Shown in pieces: positions 37,659 to 49,088 of a stretch of 64,000 nt of DNA (within the stretch, counting starts at the first letter, position 1; each line of letters opens with the position of its first letter). The position numbers and the translations under genes were made by a program. Source of the stretch: Trichodelitschia bisporula. Its lineage: Eukaryota. The notes beneath the pieces are model-generated. The model was not told where the DNA came from and did not search any database. It was given only the letters and a program-made list of their open reading frames with translations. The DNA is taken from the NCBI GenBank assembly GCA_010356995.1, contig ML996693.1:1-64000 (forward strand), given 5' to 3'.

Positions 37659-40610
37659 ATGCTCGCGAACATGTTCACAAACCTCCTCCTAACAGCCATG
37701 ATCCTCCAACAGGTCACCGCAGTTCCAGTCCCACCCCCACTCCACAAATACAGGAACGGCAACCCCCACCCCCTGAAGAAGCATTCCGGCGAGGCCTTAC
37801 ACAACCTCGTGATGCCCCTCGAGGTCATGGCCGGCGTTGAGGGGGGTTGGACCCTTACCCAGATGCAGGTTTTCAAGTCGATGTACTGGTACGCTGAGCC
37901 CAGGAGATGGGTGAGCAAGTGGTGGGACGATTGGAAAGAAGTACATTGGCGGGAAACCGAGCGGGTAGAGATCGGACAGAAGGAAATCTCACGGAAGGAT
38001 AGATGGGAAGGATCCAAATGGCCAGAGAAGATTGAAAAATGGCAGCACAGGTACGAAAAAATCCGAACGGCCCCTGAGCGCTGGAACAAATGGTTGGATA
38101 CAGAGCCAGAGGCGGGTATACGGCTTCCACAGAGAACTCCGAAATGGGTCGAGAGCGGGATCAGGAAGGTAGGCCTCAGAATTGAAGGTCCTCCTTACGA
38201 AATTATCCCGGGCAAATGGATATACATCGAATGGTCCCCTGCAGTCCCACAGGGAGAGCAGCTTCCGTTTCCCACTGATGCCGAAGCCGAGGCATTTCTG
38301 GCGAAGAAAGCTAAAATGATCGCGGCGAAGAAGTTGAGGATGGCTCCAATTCAAGCGCACAAGTTTGAACTGATGAGGCAGTTGGTGAAGGATGGAAAGC
38401 CGGTCCCGGCAGGTCTGCCAGAGCCACCGCGACCTGAATACGCGCGCTGGACTGGATCTTGGAGGAAGAACCATGCTACAATGCTGTGGGAATGGAAGCC
38501 GGGACCATCCTCTCTCCTCGGACCGTTCACCGACTCCACTCGCTCCTCCGGCCATCACTCCTCGGAGTTTACAGAGCTATGGGGGAAAAAAGTCCCAGTG
38601 GCGAGTAAAGGAAATCGTCTGGCCCAGACGAGTCGGTGGCGCGGTGGGACGAGACAGGCCGGTGAGATTTGGGTTCCCAACGAAAAGGGTGTCTGGGGAC
38701 CGCCCGGCCGCAAGGGGTTCACCCATGGACGGGATCCCAAAGGCAAGGTGAAGACGTCGCGCACTAAGATGAGAAACCCCAAAAATATTCGGGTTCGCAA
38801 GCCATTGAAGTGGAAATGGCTCCAGGAGGTTCCGAAAGTTAGTTATGAGGAGAGGTTGAGAACGATGAAAAAGTGGCGCACTGGGGTGAGCGAACCCAGT
38901 GAGCTATGGGATCCCAACAAAAACTTGAATTGGCAAGGGCTCGAGGAGCTTCAGACAGCTGAGGTTGAGGAGAGGATGAGAGCGTGGCGCACTGGGATGA
39001 GAAAGGCCGGGAAGCTTTGGGTTGCCAACGAAAAGGGTATCTGGGGACCACCACCAGGATTGAAGAGGAAAGGGGTCAAGGAGTTTGAGATAATGAGGCT
39101 TCCTGAGAGTATTAGACAATGGCGCACTGGGATGGAAAAGGCCAAAGCGCTTTATGTTTTCAACGGCGAGTATGGGTGGGGACCGCCCATCGACTTCGGG
39201 CTCACCCTCGATGGGCCCGCCCTCGATGGGCCCGCCAGCGATGAGCCTCGGTGGTCCAGCGAGGAGTATGGGCAGCCCAATGCTGAAAATTGGGTTGACG
39301 ACTGGTTCACTGGGATTGAGGACGCCCGCGCTGAGGAAGCCTGGGTTGAGGAGAACGCGCGGCTCAATGCTGAGCGGGTTGATGACTGGCTCACTGGGGT
39401 CGACGACGCCGAGGATGAGCTTTTGTTTCCCGCCGAAGAGCAGGAGTGGGCCCAAAATGACTACCCCCAAGACGAACTCCGCGCCTCGGGTGAAACCAGT
39501 GAAACTTCCTGGTACACAGAGACGGCCTCTGCCTCTGAAGAAACGCTTGCAGAAGAAGGATTTGCCGAAGAAGCACCACTTACTGAAGAAAACCTCGCTA
39601 AAGCAGCAGCTGCTGAAAAAGCACTCGAAGAACCTGCTGCTGCTGAAGAGGCATTCGTTGAAGGAGCACTCGCTGAAGGAGCAGCTGCGGAAGGGGCAGC
39701 TGGCAAAGCACTGGCTGAAGGAGCAGTGGCTGAAGAAGCAGTGGCCAAAGCAGCTGTCCAAACACTCGAGGAGGAGTCAAAATTTCTAGTATTCCACCTT
39801 CCGGCAGAAGGTCTCAAGTGGCAAAACCTACTCGGGACCGGGGTAGGTGTACCTTTGATGATTACCATTCCTTTCATAGCCGATTTCCTAGCCGGAAAGT
39901 ACGGGCCGAAGCTGTTCGGATATCAGAACCCAACCCACGATCCGTTTCCGGCAGAGCGCATCAAACACACGCTTCCGGACTACAGGGAACAGCCGGAGTG
40001 GTGGCATGAGACGGTCTGGCAGCCTGACCGGGTGCTCGTGCCGTTCGACGCATGGAAGGGAAAGCATCTCAATGAGACGGAGAAGATGGTGCGGCCTGAG
40101 CAACGTCCTTGCCGTCGGATAGTGGCGGGGGATCTTTGCACGCCCATAGCAAACGTCATGAACGGTATGGTCGGCCGAGTCGCAGGGCGGCGGAGCAAGC
40201 TAACAGTGTGTGCAGCCATCGGATTCCCCATTCCGCGCTTCGTGATGGAAAACGGCCTGCACGACTCGGCGTGGCGGCTGGTCAACGACACGAGGTACTG
40301 GCGGACTGGGAAGCATCATGATATCCAAGCTCCGGAACCGGTGAGACTAGATGGCGAAGCGTGGCCGCCAGAGTACGACGAGTACCTGAAGATGATGCAT
40401 GTGGTGTATGGATCGTGGGATGAGCTCTGTTGTACGGTTGGAAATGACTGGGTAGGAAAGGATGGCTTGATTGGTGGGGAGGAGCTGGAAATATTAGACA
40501 AAGCTGAAGAGAAGGAGGCGAACTGGGATGCAAACTGGAAATTTCCAGAGGCGGATGAGGACTGGAGAGACTGGGGATGGTATGGGCCTCATCTAGAGGA
40601 ACAATACTGA
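37659..40610 (+). CDS. Orphan 983-aa secreted or membrane Trp-rich repeat protein
   Basis: Uninterrupted 2.95-kb ORF. Signal peptide (..ILQQVTA|VP), four WRxG..W.PN...WGPP-like repeats, an acidic Glu/Ala region, one hydrophobic segment and a Cys-containing C-terminus. Confidence 0.8.
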   Translation: MLANMFTNLLLTAMILQQVTAVPVPPPLHKYRNGNPHPLKKHSGEALHNLVMPLEVMAGVEGGWTLTQMQVFKSMYWYAEPRRWVSKWWDDWKEVHWRETERVEIGQKEISRKDRWEGSKWPEKIEKWQHRYEKIRTAPERWNKWLDTEPEAGIRLPQRTPKWVESGIRKVGLRIEGPPYEIIPGKWIYIEWSPAVPQGEQLPFPTDAEAEAFLAKKAKMIAAKKLRMAPIQAHKFELMRQLVKDGKPVPAGLPEPPRPEYARWTGSWRKNHATMLWEWKPGPSSLLGPFTDSTRSSGHHSSEFTELWGKKVPVASKGNRLAQTSRWRGGTRQAGEIWVPNEKGVWGPPGRKGFTHGRDPKGKVKTSRTKMRNPKNIRVRKPLKWKWLQEVPKVSYEERLRTMKKWRTGVSEPSELWDPNKNLNWQGLEELQTAEVEERMRAWRTGMRKAGKLWVANEKGIWGPPPGLKRKGVKEFEIMRLPESIRQWRTGMEKAKALYVFNGEYGWGPPIDFGLTLDGPALDGPASDEPRWSSEEYGQPNAENWVDDWFTGIEDARAEEAWVEENARLNAERVDDWLTGVDDAEDELLFPAEEQEWAQNDYPQDELRASGETSETSWYTETASASEETLAEEGFAEEAPLTEENLAKAAAAEKALEEPAAAEEAFVEGALAEGAAAEGAAGKALAEGAVAEEAVAKAAVQTLEEESKFLVFHLPAEGLKWQNLLGTGVGVPLMITIPFIADFLAGKYGPKLFGYQNPTHDPFPAERIKHTLPDYREQPEWWHETVWQPDRVLVPFDAWKGKHLNETEKMVRPEQRPCRRIVAGDLCTPIANVMNGMVGRVAGRRSKLTVCAAIGFPIPRFVMENGLHDSAWRLVNDTRYWRTGKHHDIQAPEPVRLDGEAWPPEYDEYLKMMHVVYGSWDELCCTVGNDWVGKDGLIGGEELEILDKAEEKEANWDANWKFPEADEDWRDWGWYGPHLEEQY

Positions 40611-41061
40611 TGTACATGGTGAAGCTTTACTCACTGTCTCTATCTGGATCTGGTTTTGACTCTCTGTCACTCTGTCGCCATGACTTCCCCTATTCTTTAC
40701 CACACACACCTACGGTACCTACTGCGTAGACTCTTTCACTTTCCTTCTCTCGGCGTCAAGTCCCTTTCAGCAGCATTCGACGTGGTCGCACGGCATCACC
40801 TGCTTCGGTTGCTGATTTGCCTGCAAATGCCAATGCGAGTGCCACATGAGACATCAGACGCAGTGGATGGCCACAGTGGACGAGTGTACGGTACCCCGCC
40901 TTTTCTTCCGACCTTCCTCTCGCGTTTTTCCATCTCGTGCCACATCTTCGCACCCCTCCGCCCTTAACCTCTCTCTCCTTCTTGCCTCTGCCGCTAGGAC
41001 TGGTTGGTTGCGGCTTCTACTATTTAGCTCCCACGTCTTCGCTATCTTTCTCTTTCATATC

Positions 41062-41805
41062 ATGGATAGTAGTTCTAGAACTATTCTTTCCCGGTTAGCA
41101 GAGAAACTGAAAGTCATCAATTCCGATGACGCCTGGCCATCTGTAGAGCCTTCTCTTAAGAGAAAAATTGCAGACTTGAACGACCTCTATGAATACCAGA
41201 AATCCGACACCGCAGCTCGTTCCAGAGCAAAGCGAAAAAAAGGGCTTGAAGGGTTATTTTGGGTCTCAACTCACAAATCGAGTGAAGCGGCCATGTTCTG
41301 TATCCTAGCGTTGCCTCGTTATGTGCTTCAGTCTCTCCCTAATATTTCTGATGAGCTCTTTACGTGGACACCTCCACAGTTTCCGGAAAGGTTCATCGAA
41401 CTGTGCGAAAAGTTCATTCCTCAAATCAATGAGCTGTTAGCTGAGGGAAGACCAGTACCTCCGTCTACTTATGCTAGTAAGTCGACACAAACAGGTATAA
41501 CTGTCCTCAATCATCAGGCCTGGACACTGAGTTATATCAGATGAGGTGACACCGGTACGGGTAGCTCCGTCTACTTATGTTAGTTGGTCAACACAAACTG
41601 GTATATACAACCATCCTAAATCATCAGGCGTTGACACTAACTTATATTAGATGATCTTTCTCGTTTGGAGCCACCGCCAGAGCTCGCCCAGAAGCGCCCT
41701 CTTAGCCCTCCGCAAGAAGAACCGCTTCCAAAGCGCCACCGCAACGACGTTGTATCCGGAAGGTTGTTTACGGGCCCTGGCGGGGCGCTGATTCTAGGTC
41801 CTTAA
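41062..41805 (+). CDS. Hypothetical protein, three exons, with a duplicated exon/intron unit
   Basis: MDSSSRTIL.. Phase-1 introns 41495-41540 and 41601-41650 keep the frame open to TAA 41803-41805. Basic NLS-like patches (RAKRKK, PKRHR). Confidence 0.55.
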
Positions 41806-44039
41806 CCATGACATGCCGCCAGTGCCGTAATTACGGGGTAAGTTTTGCGAGCCTCGGTGGTGTAGGCACTGACTTGGCCATAGCAACGCTCACTCTACCG
41901 TAAATCCTGCGGTAAACATCAGCGCGGCCGCAGCTTGAGGACCTCGAAGAACGCTCAATCATGTACCGATCCCATCTGATGCGCCCCCATCAAAAGTCGG
42001 ACTTGCCGGGCAACCCAAGGTCGACCTCGCATCCTTCGCGCTGAGCCACGGGGTACTATGGAGCTCGAACAATTGCTTCGATGGTACTCATTGCAGGCAC
42101 CGACATGCCAATCGAACCGCCCACCGCTTCTGAGCAATTGGACTCGAGACCATGGAACTGGAATCACGAATGTTGAGTTCCAGAGAATGCGCACGCGTGT
42201 GAAAATGAGACGGTCAGTGAACCGAAGGAGGGGAAAGGGCAACCAGTCACACCTAATTGCGGGCGGCGGTGATTCGACAAGTACTCCTGATTGTATTTCA
42301 GGCTTGACATCTCAAGGATGATGGTATATTCCGGGTCAGGGAGCTCTCCACTAAAATACTAGGCGGCATGAGGCCAGAACATACATGGCCCATGGCGGAG
42401 TGGGTTGAGCGAGTCGGAGCGGTTGGAGTACGGCACGCGGATGGCTGAATATGTACTTGGCACACGTGAAGCGCTTTGCCATGATCTTTGGTGGCTCAGC
42501 CAACGGTTATGTGCTTTGATGCTGCGCTTTTTGATAGCATCACAACAAGCGATAACAACAAGCGATCAATGAATGCCCAGGCTCAATCCAGGAGATCTTT
42601 GTCCGCTTCTGAACTCACCTAGCCGGTCGAGTTTTTCGGTATCTTCCTGTGCTGAGTTTCTACAATGCTCGAAGCGCTTACTGTGTGCCACGTACTCTGT
42701 CATCCGCGTCTACGAGTACGGTACTGCGGTGGTAAAAGTTCGGACGTCGACAACCTTCCGGCCACGAGCCAATCATGCCGACCAATCGTAAGGTTAACGC
42801 CTAGCAAGGGGACCAGGTGATGGGATCACCGCATGACGACGCATGACGTCGCATCCACCTGCTGCTCACTGTTTTTTTTGGCTGCTCCTCTTGTTGTTGT
42901 GGCTTTCTGCTCTCTCTGGTGCTGTACCTCTTCGTCTCTCTCTCTCGCTTGACGTTGTGCTTCTCCCTTTCTATGTGGCGCTCGGTATTGCGTCTCTTCA
43001 CTCCGGCTCGTCTTCTCCCAACTCCATTCACTCTCCTCCTTCTCACTCGCTCCTATCTCTCTCCCAATTCACTCTACGTGATCCCTCATCAACATCCTCC
43101 TATCAAACAACCCCAAACCCATCCATACCGTTGATCAATTCCTCCTCACCTCATCTCCAGCATCTCCCCAGTTCCCATTCCACGCCCTTCCGCCATGACG
43201 CCCCCTTCCCTCCAATCCCCAAGCAAAAACCCGCAATTGACCAATACCGCCTGCAGCGGGGCGATATGCAGCGTCCGCATCGCGATTGTCGTCGTGTGCC
43301 ATCCCAGTCCCTCGTGATAGAGAGCCCCAAGTGACTGGACAAGGGACCCCACTCACTGCAGCACACCCGCGCCCACGACCGCTTCCCAACGACGCCCCGA
43401 GGACGTCACAAATCACGGCGGTCCACGATCGTCGCTGCCCTCCCCCCCATTCCAAACACCGTGCGTCTTCAATCTTCATTCCACCCCCTTCACCTGTTGT
43501 TGACGCTTGCTTCATCTCATTCACTTCGTGCAAATACTCGTTGTGAGTCCAGTTCGTCGTTCCCGCTTTGCGGAAGAACAGATGCCAGAAAGGTGGTACG
43601 ATGCCATCCCGAACCCGCGTTCATGGCCTCATTCGTCGTCGTCGTCGTGAATGCTGCGGGGCCTGCCAACGCAAACTCAAGCTTCCTGCGCTATCCTGCC
43701 GCGTTCCTGATCTGCCAGCACCCGTCCAACGCCTGCCCGTCCCGTCCGCTGCCCTACCCATTAGCCGGCCTGCTTTCCTCGTTTTCCCACTTAAGCCAAG
43801 AGCGAATGCCGTCAAGCAGGCAAGTTGAGGTCAACGATACGAGCAAGCGAGTCCCGTCACCGTCACCTGGGGAGAGGTACTTATATCGTCCCACATCTCG
43901 CGTCGGACCCTCCCCCCCTCTCTTTGTTCCCCATTCCTCACCCCACATTCTTCCTTTGACCTCCACCGTAGATCTGCGTACTCTGTTTTCTGAACTAACT
44001 CTCTCTCTTCCATCTACAACACTTAGTACCCTCACCACC

Positions 44040-44900
44040 ATGGACCAACAAGCTCAAGTCGCCCCCCCTCCACCACCCACCGCCCTCCTCCCCGTCCCCC
44101 TCCTCCTCCGTACCTTACTAGAAACCTCCTTTCTCATCCCCCTCCTCCTCCTAGCCTTCATCTACCTCATCCACCGCGACTACAAGCTCTTCCTCTCCCT
44201 CGGTCCCGGCGGCACCCCCAGTACAATCGCCGGCTACCTCCGCATCAAATTCCTCTCCCTCTTCGCCCTCCGCAACCCCTACCTGCCGGCTCCCATCCCC
44301 GCCAATCTCTCTCGACGTCAATATCTGGACGACCTCCCCAAGCGTCCCGGGCCCAGGCCTCAGGTACGCGGCATCGCGCCGCATCGGCAGACCGACCAGC
44401 GCCCGTCCCATGCGCTCTTCGAGCAGCTACGCATACGCATCAACTCCCTTGCCGCTGGACCCAACGGTTCCGCCCTGCGCCTCGGGACGTCCTGCTTGGA
44501 GAAGCACGGCCCGGGACTTTTCGCCCGTCAGCCGATCGCCTGGACACGGCACTGCAATGGCGAGGTGTGCCACTCGCACCCCTCAGACGGAAGCAGCCAC
44601 CTGACGTTGCACCCTAGGGATGCGGCACTGGTGCTGGAGCGCGGGTGGGGTGAGCGGCATCCGCTGAGTAAGGGAGGATGGCTGGCGCGGTTTGTGCCGG
44701 CGGGGTTTTTGATGGTGTATTCCCCGAGGGACGAGGAGGAGGTGGAGGTCGTAGCTCGGATTGTGGCGGCGGCGGTTTGGTGGGTTGGGGGAGTGGATGT
44801 TGAAGGCCGCTTAAGTGAGGACGAGCGCGTGCGGGCTGAGACACAGCGGGAGGAGATTGATTGCCAGATGCCGGGATTGGTGAGGCGGGCGGGGTGTTAG
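44040..44900 (+). CDS. Fungal luciferase (Luz)-like domain protein
   Basis: N-terminal TM segment, then DYKLFLSLGPGG, LPKRPGPRP, PHRQTDQ, GEVCHSHPSDGSSHLTL, GWGERHPL, YSPRDEEE. A possible upstream exon starts at ATG 43806 with intron 43877-44026. Confidence 0.85.
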   Translation: MDQQAQVAPPPPPTALLPVPLLLRTLLETSFLIPLLLLAFIYLIHRDYKLFLSLGPGGTPSTIAGYLRIKFLSLFALRNPYLPAPIPANLSRRQYLDDLPKRPGPRPQVRGIAPHRQTDQRPSHALFEQLRIRINSLAAGPNGSALRLGTSCLEKHGPGLFARQPIAWTRHCNGEVCHSHPSDGSSHLTLHPRDAALVLERGWGERHPLSKGGWLARFVPAGFLMVYSPRDEEEVEVVARIVAAAVWWVGGVDVEGRLSEDERVRAETQREEIDCQMPGLVRRAGC

Positions 44901-45869
44901 ATGCGCGGGTATGTTGCGGTGCAATGCTTGACTGACTGCGTTTGACTGGCTTTGGTGTTGGTTGCATCGCCGGCGGGGTTCGGTAGGAAGGGGGTTGAGG
45001 CGTCAATTTGCTGCTAAAAGTTGTTTGGTAGGGGTTTGGGTGCTAGGTTGCTTGCTTACTACGGATCATTGGTGCTGTGTAGACTTATGACTGATAGCAT
45101 GTGGCAATGGCAGCGTAGTCTAGACTGGTATCACTGAGCAATGCTGTGGGCTGGATGCTGTTCGATGCTGACACTTTGATAACTCGTTAGTGATATGAGT
45201 CATGGGAGGTTACGGGAGCGAGTGTGAGGCCACCGAGGGCGTTACGCCGTACCCGTTGAAGATATCTCACAAGCTAATAGAAGCATAGCTCAAGGTACTT
45301 GCAATGGCAACGAGTGCGGAGTGAAAGCATGAATGAAAGGCGAAGAACGGAAGGGAGAGAAGAGTGGCGGAACCGCTCATAGCCAAGATATAGTTGTCCG
45401 TGTCGTCCAAGACTCCTTCCATTATCTCCCCCAGCAACTTCCCAGTCAAGTACACTCCTTCCAAGAGTACGGCTGTGCCCTCCCAAAGTACAGATGTTAC
45501 TTCCAAGGGCATGAATGTTCCTTCCCTGTGACTACATCACAAGCCCTGCCCCAGAGCAGGTACGGGTAAACCGCCTCAAACGCCCACGAATGAACACCTC
45601 CTACGGCCAATATCAACGTCATACGACTCTCAACCACCATAAAGACGGAAATGGTGTATGTTGCGCCGAACGGGTCGTGTGTACTGCACCATGGAGCAAG
45701 GAATAAGCTGTGGTCCGAGTACTCGCTTGAGAGCAGGCTTTCCGGGACGGAGATCGATCCATGTACGCCGCGGAGTGCAAATGCATTGAAACAGATATCC
45801 ATATCCACATCGTCAACTCCCATCCCGCATCGCCATCCTCGCCCTCCCCTTTTCCCCAAAATCAACTGT

Positions 45870-46348
45870 TTATTCCCCCCCCTCCCTAACCCACCCCGCA
45901 AACCCCTTCCTATCTCCCTACCTAGCCCGTCAGCCAGTCCCCCGAAACAACCTCATACACAACGTACCCTAACATCCGCAAACCCAGCCCTCTCCTGCAG
46001 TACCCTAACAACCCCATAAACACCCCCCTCAACCTCCCGTTCCTCCCTACTCTTAACCCCCCTCTTCCGCCCACCCTCCAACTGGCCCGCCCAAGCCGAC
46101 CACTCGACAGGCCGCAAGGCCGGAGCGCGCAGCACGATGGCTACGCAGAGCATTGCTGTAGATAGCAGGAGTTCGATTGCGATATCGGTCGGCAGGGGAG
46201 TGGTAAGGTGCAGGGTGCTGTGTTCGTGGGCGGAGTACACGCTGTGACGGGGTTAGCTGGGGCGGCGCAGGTTAGGGGACGTGGAGACGGACGCGTGGGT
46301 TAGGAGGAGGAGGCCGAGCCCGCTCAGGGCGGCGGTTAGGGTGCCCAT
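45870..46348 (-). CDS. EMC5: ER membrane complex subunit 5 / MMgT-family protein
   Basis: GLLLLTHA-VYSAHEH, LPTDIAIE, LRPVEWSAWAG, GFADVR-GDRKGFAGWVR. Two introns. Confidence 0.85.
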
Positions 46349-46701
46349 TGTATGTGTGGGTGTGGTGCGGGGAATGAGGTGTGGTGATGAGCGGATTGCG
46401 CGGCGGACGGGGACGCGTGGAGGTGAGGTTGGTGGTGCCAAGCTTTGCGTTTGGCTGGGCTTGCGCTCGGGCGGGCTTGTGGGATGCGAGCTACTTTAGC
46501 ACGATGCCGAGATTTTGGGAACATATGCCTTGCGATTTGTAAATACGGAGTACAGATCAGGTTCACATATTGGCATAGCAGTGGATATCATCGTGGGGCT
46601 CTTTTCATTCATCGTCTATCCATGTCGCAGCCATAACCCGCAACACATACGTAGATCGTTAAAAGCCCATGCAAACAGTCAACCACCCAAAGATGAGCAG
46701 C

Positions 46702-47685
46702 TTACAACTTCTGCATAGCCTGCACATCCGTAGACTGGACATGCTCCTCGTCCTCCTCGATCTCCTGCTGCAGATCGTCGAGCCCGATCTTATCGTCCTC
46801 AATGACGACGGTGATCTGTAGCTTCTTGATCCCGAAGCCGACAGCCACCAGCTTCGACAGACCCCAAACGAGACCGTCCTTATGAATGGCACGAACGTTG
46901 GCCTCGAGGGCCTTCATGTCCGTCTCATCGTCTTCAACGGTTAGCCAAGCTCATACACGGTCAAAGAGCAGCACATACCCCACGGCTTCACGTCGAGCGT
47001 GACAACCGACTTGGCCGCCGGCTTGACCTTGCCCGCCTTCTTCTTGTTGTACTCGGCAAGACGCTCCTCACGGATACGCACAGCCTCGGCATCCTCCTCC
47101 TCGTCGTCGCTGCCGAACAGATCGACCTCGTCATCGTCCTCCTCAGCAGCCTTCTCCGGCGCCTTGGGGTTTATGGGCAGATCAGAGGCATCCGGGCCGT
47201 AGCTCGAGTACGGGGCAGACGAGTCGCCCGCCAGAGACGAGAACTCGGGCTCGAAGCTCTTCGCATGCTTGTACCACCGCGCCGCGTACGGGTACTTGCC
47301 GGCGTCAGGGGCACCGGAGAGGGCCTGGAAGACTTTCACGTCCGCCTGCGAGGGAGAGTGGCTGCGGCTGTTAGCGAGTGTAACAGGAGATGCAGGTTTT
47401 GAGATATGAGGGGTAGGAGAGATCAGAGGTGCGCAAGCGCTTGGGTTGGAGTCATGTAGCGGGGTCTTAAGCCGCCTCTTAAACACGGACCAATCTTTTT
47501 CATCATGAAGGGGAAGAGATGTGTGTGTGAAGGGGAGAGAGCGTTAACATACCCGACGATATAGGAGCGCGTCTTGAGCCACTGGTTGAGGGCTGCGGGG
47601 CATCGTGAGTGAGTGACTCAGGACGAGCAGAAACAGGTCACATACCAGTGAGGCCCGCCTCGGCAGCGAGATCAGTGAAACCCAT
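46702..47685 (-). CDS. EFB1: Translation elongation factor 1-beta
   Basis: [58 protein letters not shown]-terminal AMQKL. Three introns. Confidence 0.97.
47421..47510 (-). ncRNA. SNR18: Intronic box C/D snoRNA, U18/snR18 type
   Basis: Lies in EF-1beta intron 2. Box C ATGATGA (47506-47500), guide TTGGTCCGTGTTT (47493-47481) complementary to LSU rRNA AAACACGGACCAA, D'-like AAGA, and box D CTGA (47426-47423). Confidence 0.88.
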
Positions 47686-48096
47686 CTTTAAATAGGTGAG
47701 CGAAGATGTGTAAAAAGGCGGTGGCTGGGAAGGAAAAACTGCGAATGGTCGGTGCGGGGTGGTTGGGAGTGGAGTGCGTTGGCTTGGTGATTTATGTCTG
47801 TCGAACAAAAATTGTGTCGAGGAGCTAGGTGAGAGAAAGAGGGGCGAGGGGTCCGAGCGGGGGGTCTTATCACGTGATTCTATATTGCTTCCGCTCGGCC
47901 GAAGGTTGTTCCAGATCCGTATTGTGCGAAAGTCGAAATCGGCGGGATTCTGTGGGTGGTCTGTGCGAGGACCCCCCCTGGCAAGCGAACTCTCCACCCA
48001 AGCACACAAGATTCCCAAATTTCTCCCGTGCTTGATACACCTCACCTTGCGACACTCCCTCAACTAACCTCACAGCGACCGATCATCACATCCGCC

Positions 48097-48635
48097 ATGG
48101 TACGCCGTCCAGTCCTTTCGCCTTCGATAATTGTGTCGCCATGATGCTAATCGCAAGCAGTCGACTTCCAAGGTCAAGGCCGCCCAGCTGTGGGGCAAGA
48201 ACAAGGAGGATCTGAAGAAGCAGCTGGATGAGCTGAAGCAGGAGCTCGTGCAACTGCGCACGCAGAAGATTGCCGGTGGTGCCTCGTCGAAGCTGTCCAA
48301 GATGTGTGTAACTCCGGAAAATGCGACTTAGGCAACGAGACTGACGCTATCAGCCACGACGTCCGGAAATCCATCGCTCGCGTGCTCACCGTCATCAACG
48401 CCAACCAGCGCGCGCAGCTGCGTCTGTTCTACAAGAACAAGAAGTACGCGCCGCTCGACCTGCGCCCCAAGCAGACGCGTGCCATCCGCCGCCGGTTAAC
48501 GAAGCACGAGGCCGCGCAGACAACGTCGAAGCAGCAGAAGAAGAACCTGCACTTCCCCCAGCGTGTGTTTGCTGTCAAGGTATGTTGGGAGCGTTTTTTG
48601 CAACAAACGCAGGCTAATGTATCCAGGCTGCGTAG
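48097..48635 (+). CDS. RPL35: 60S ribosomal protein L35 (uL29)
   Basis: ATG-only first coding exon, [60 protein letters not shown]. Three introns. Confidence 0.97.
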
Positions 48636-49088
48636 GTGACCGTTGATGTGATGAGTGGGTAGGAGTCTGGGCTCTGTTTCTCTGGCATGCATTGCGGCTT
48701 CGGGGTCGATCGGTTCACGGTGTACCTTACCCAATCCAAAAAAATCGGCTGTTCCTGCGGTGCGATGGTGTAAACTAGCGCTGCTCTCGTGGGGATGTGA
48801 CAATGCATGAGATTCGGGCTTGGGCAATGATGGACCATAGTCGTATGATGCGAAGTGCAATCCTTGACGTGATGTGGATATTCAGCTCCCAGTTAGCTTC
48901 AAGACTTCTACCTTTACAGATGGATATTTGCCGTCGGCTTCGCCCTGGCTTCATCGGAGAACATATTATTATGCAGGTCTCATTTGCTGTCTATCAGCTC
49001 GGGTATCTCAGTTCAAGACGTCCATATCGCCATGCTCCATGCCTGTACAAATGCTCCGTACATATGCTTCATTCCCAGTGTAACCCGT

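Noticed and set aside
43461..44039. 193-codon N-terminal extension in the 479-aa ORF call
   Set aside because: It begins at a non-ATG codon, is low complexity and contains a probable intron (43877-44026). Homology starts after Met 44040.
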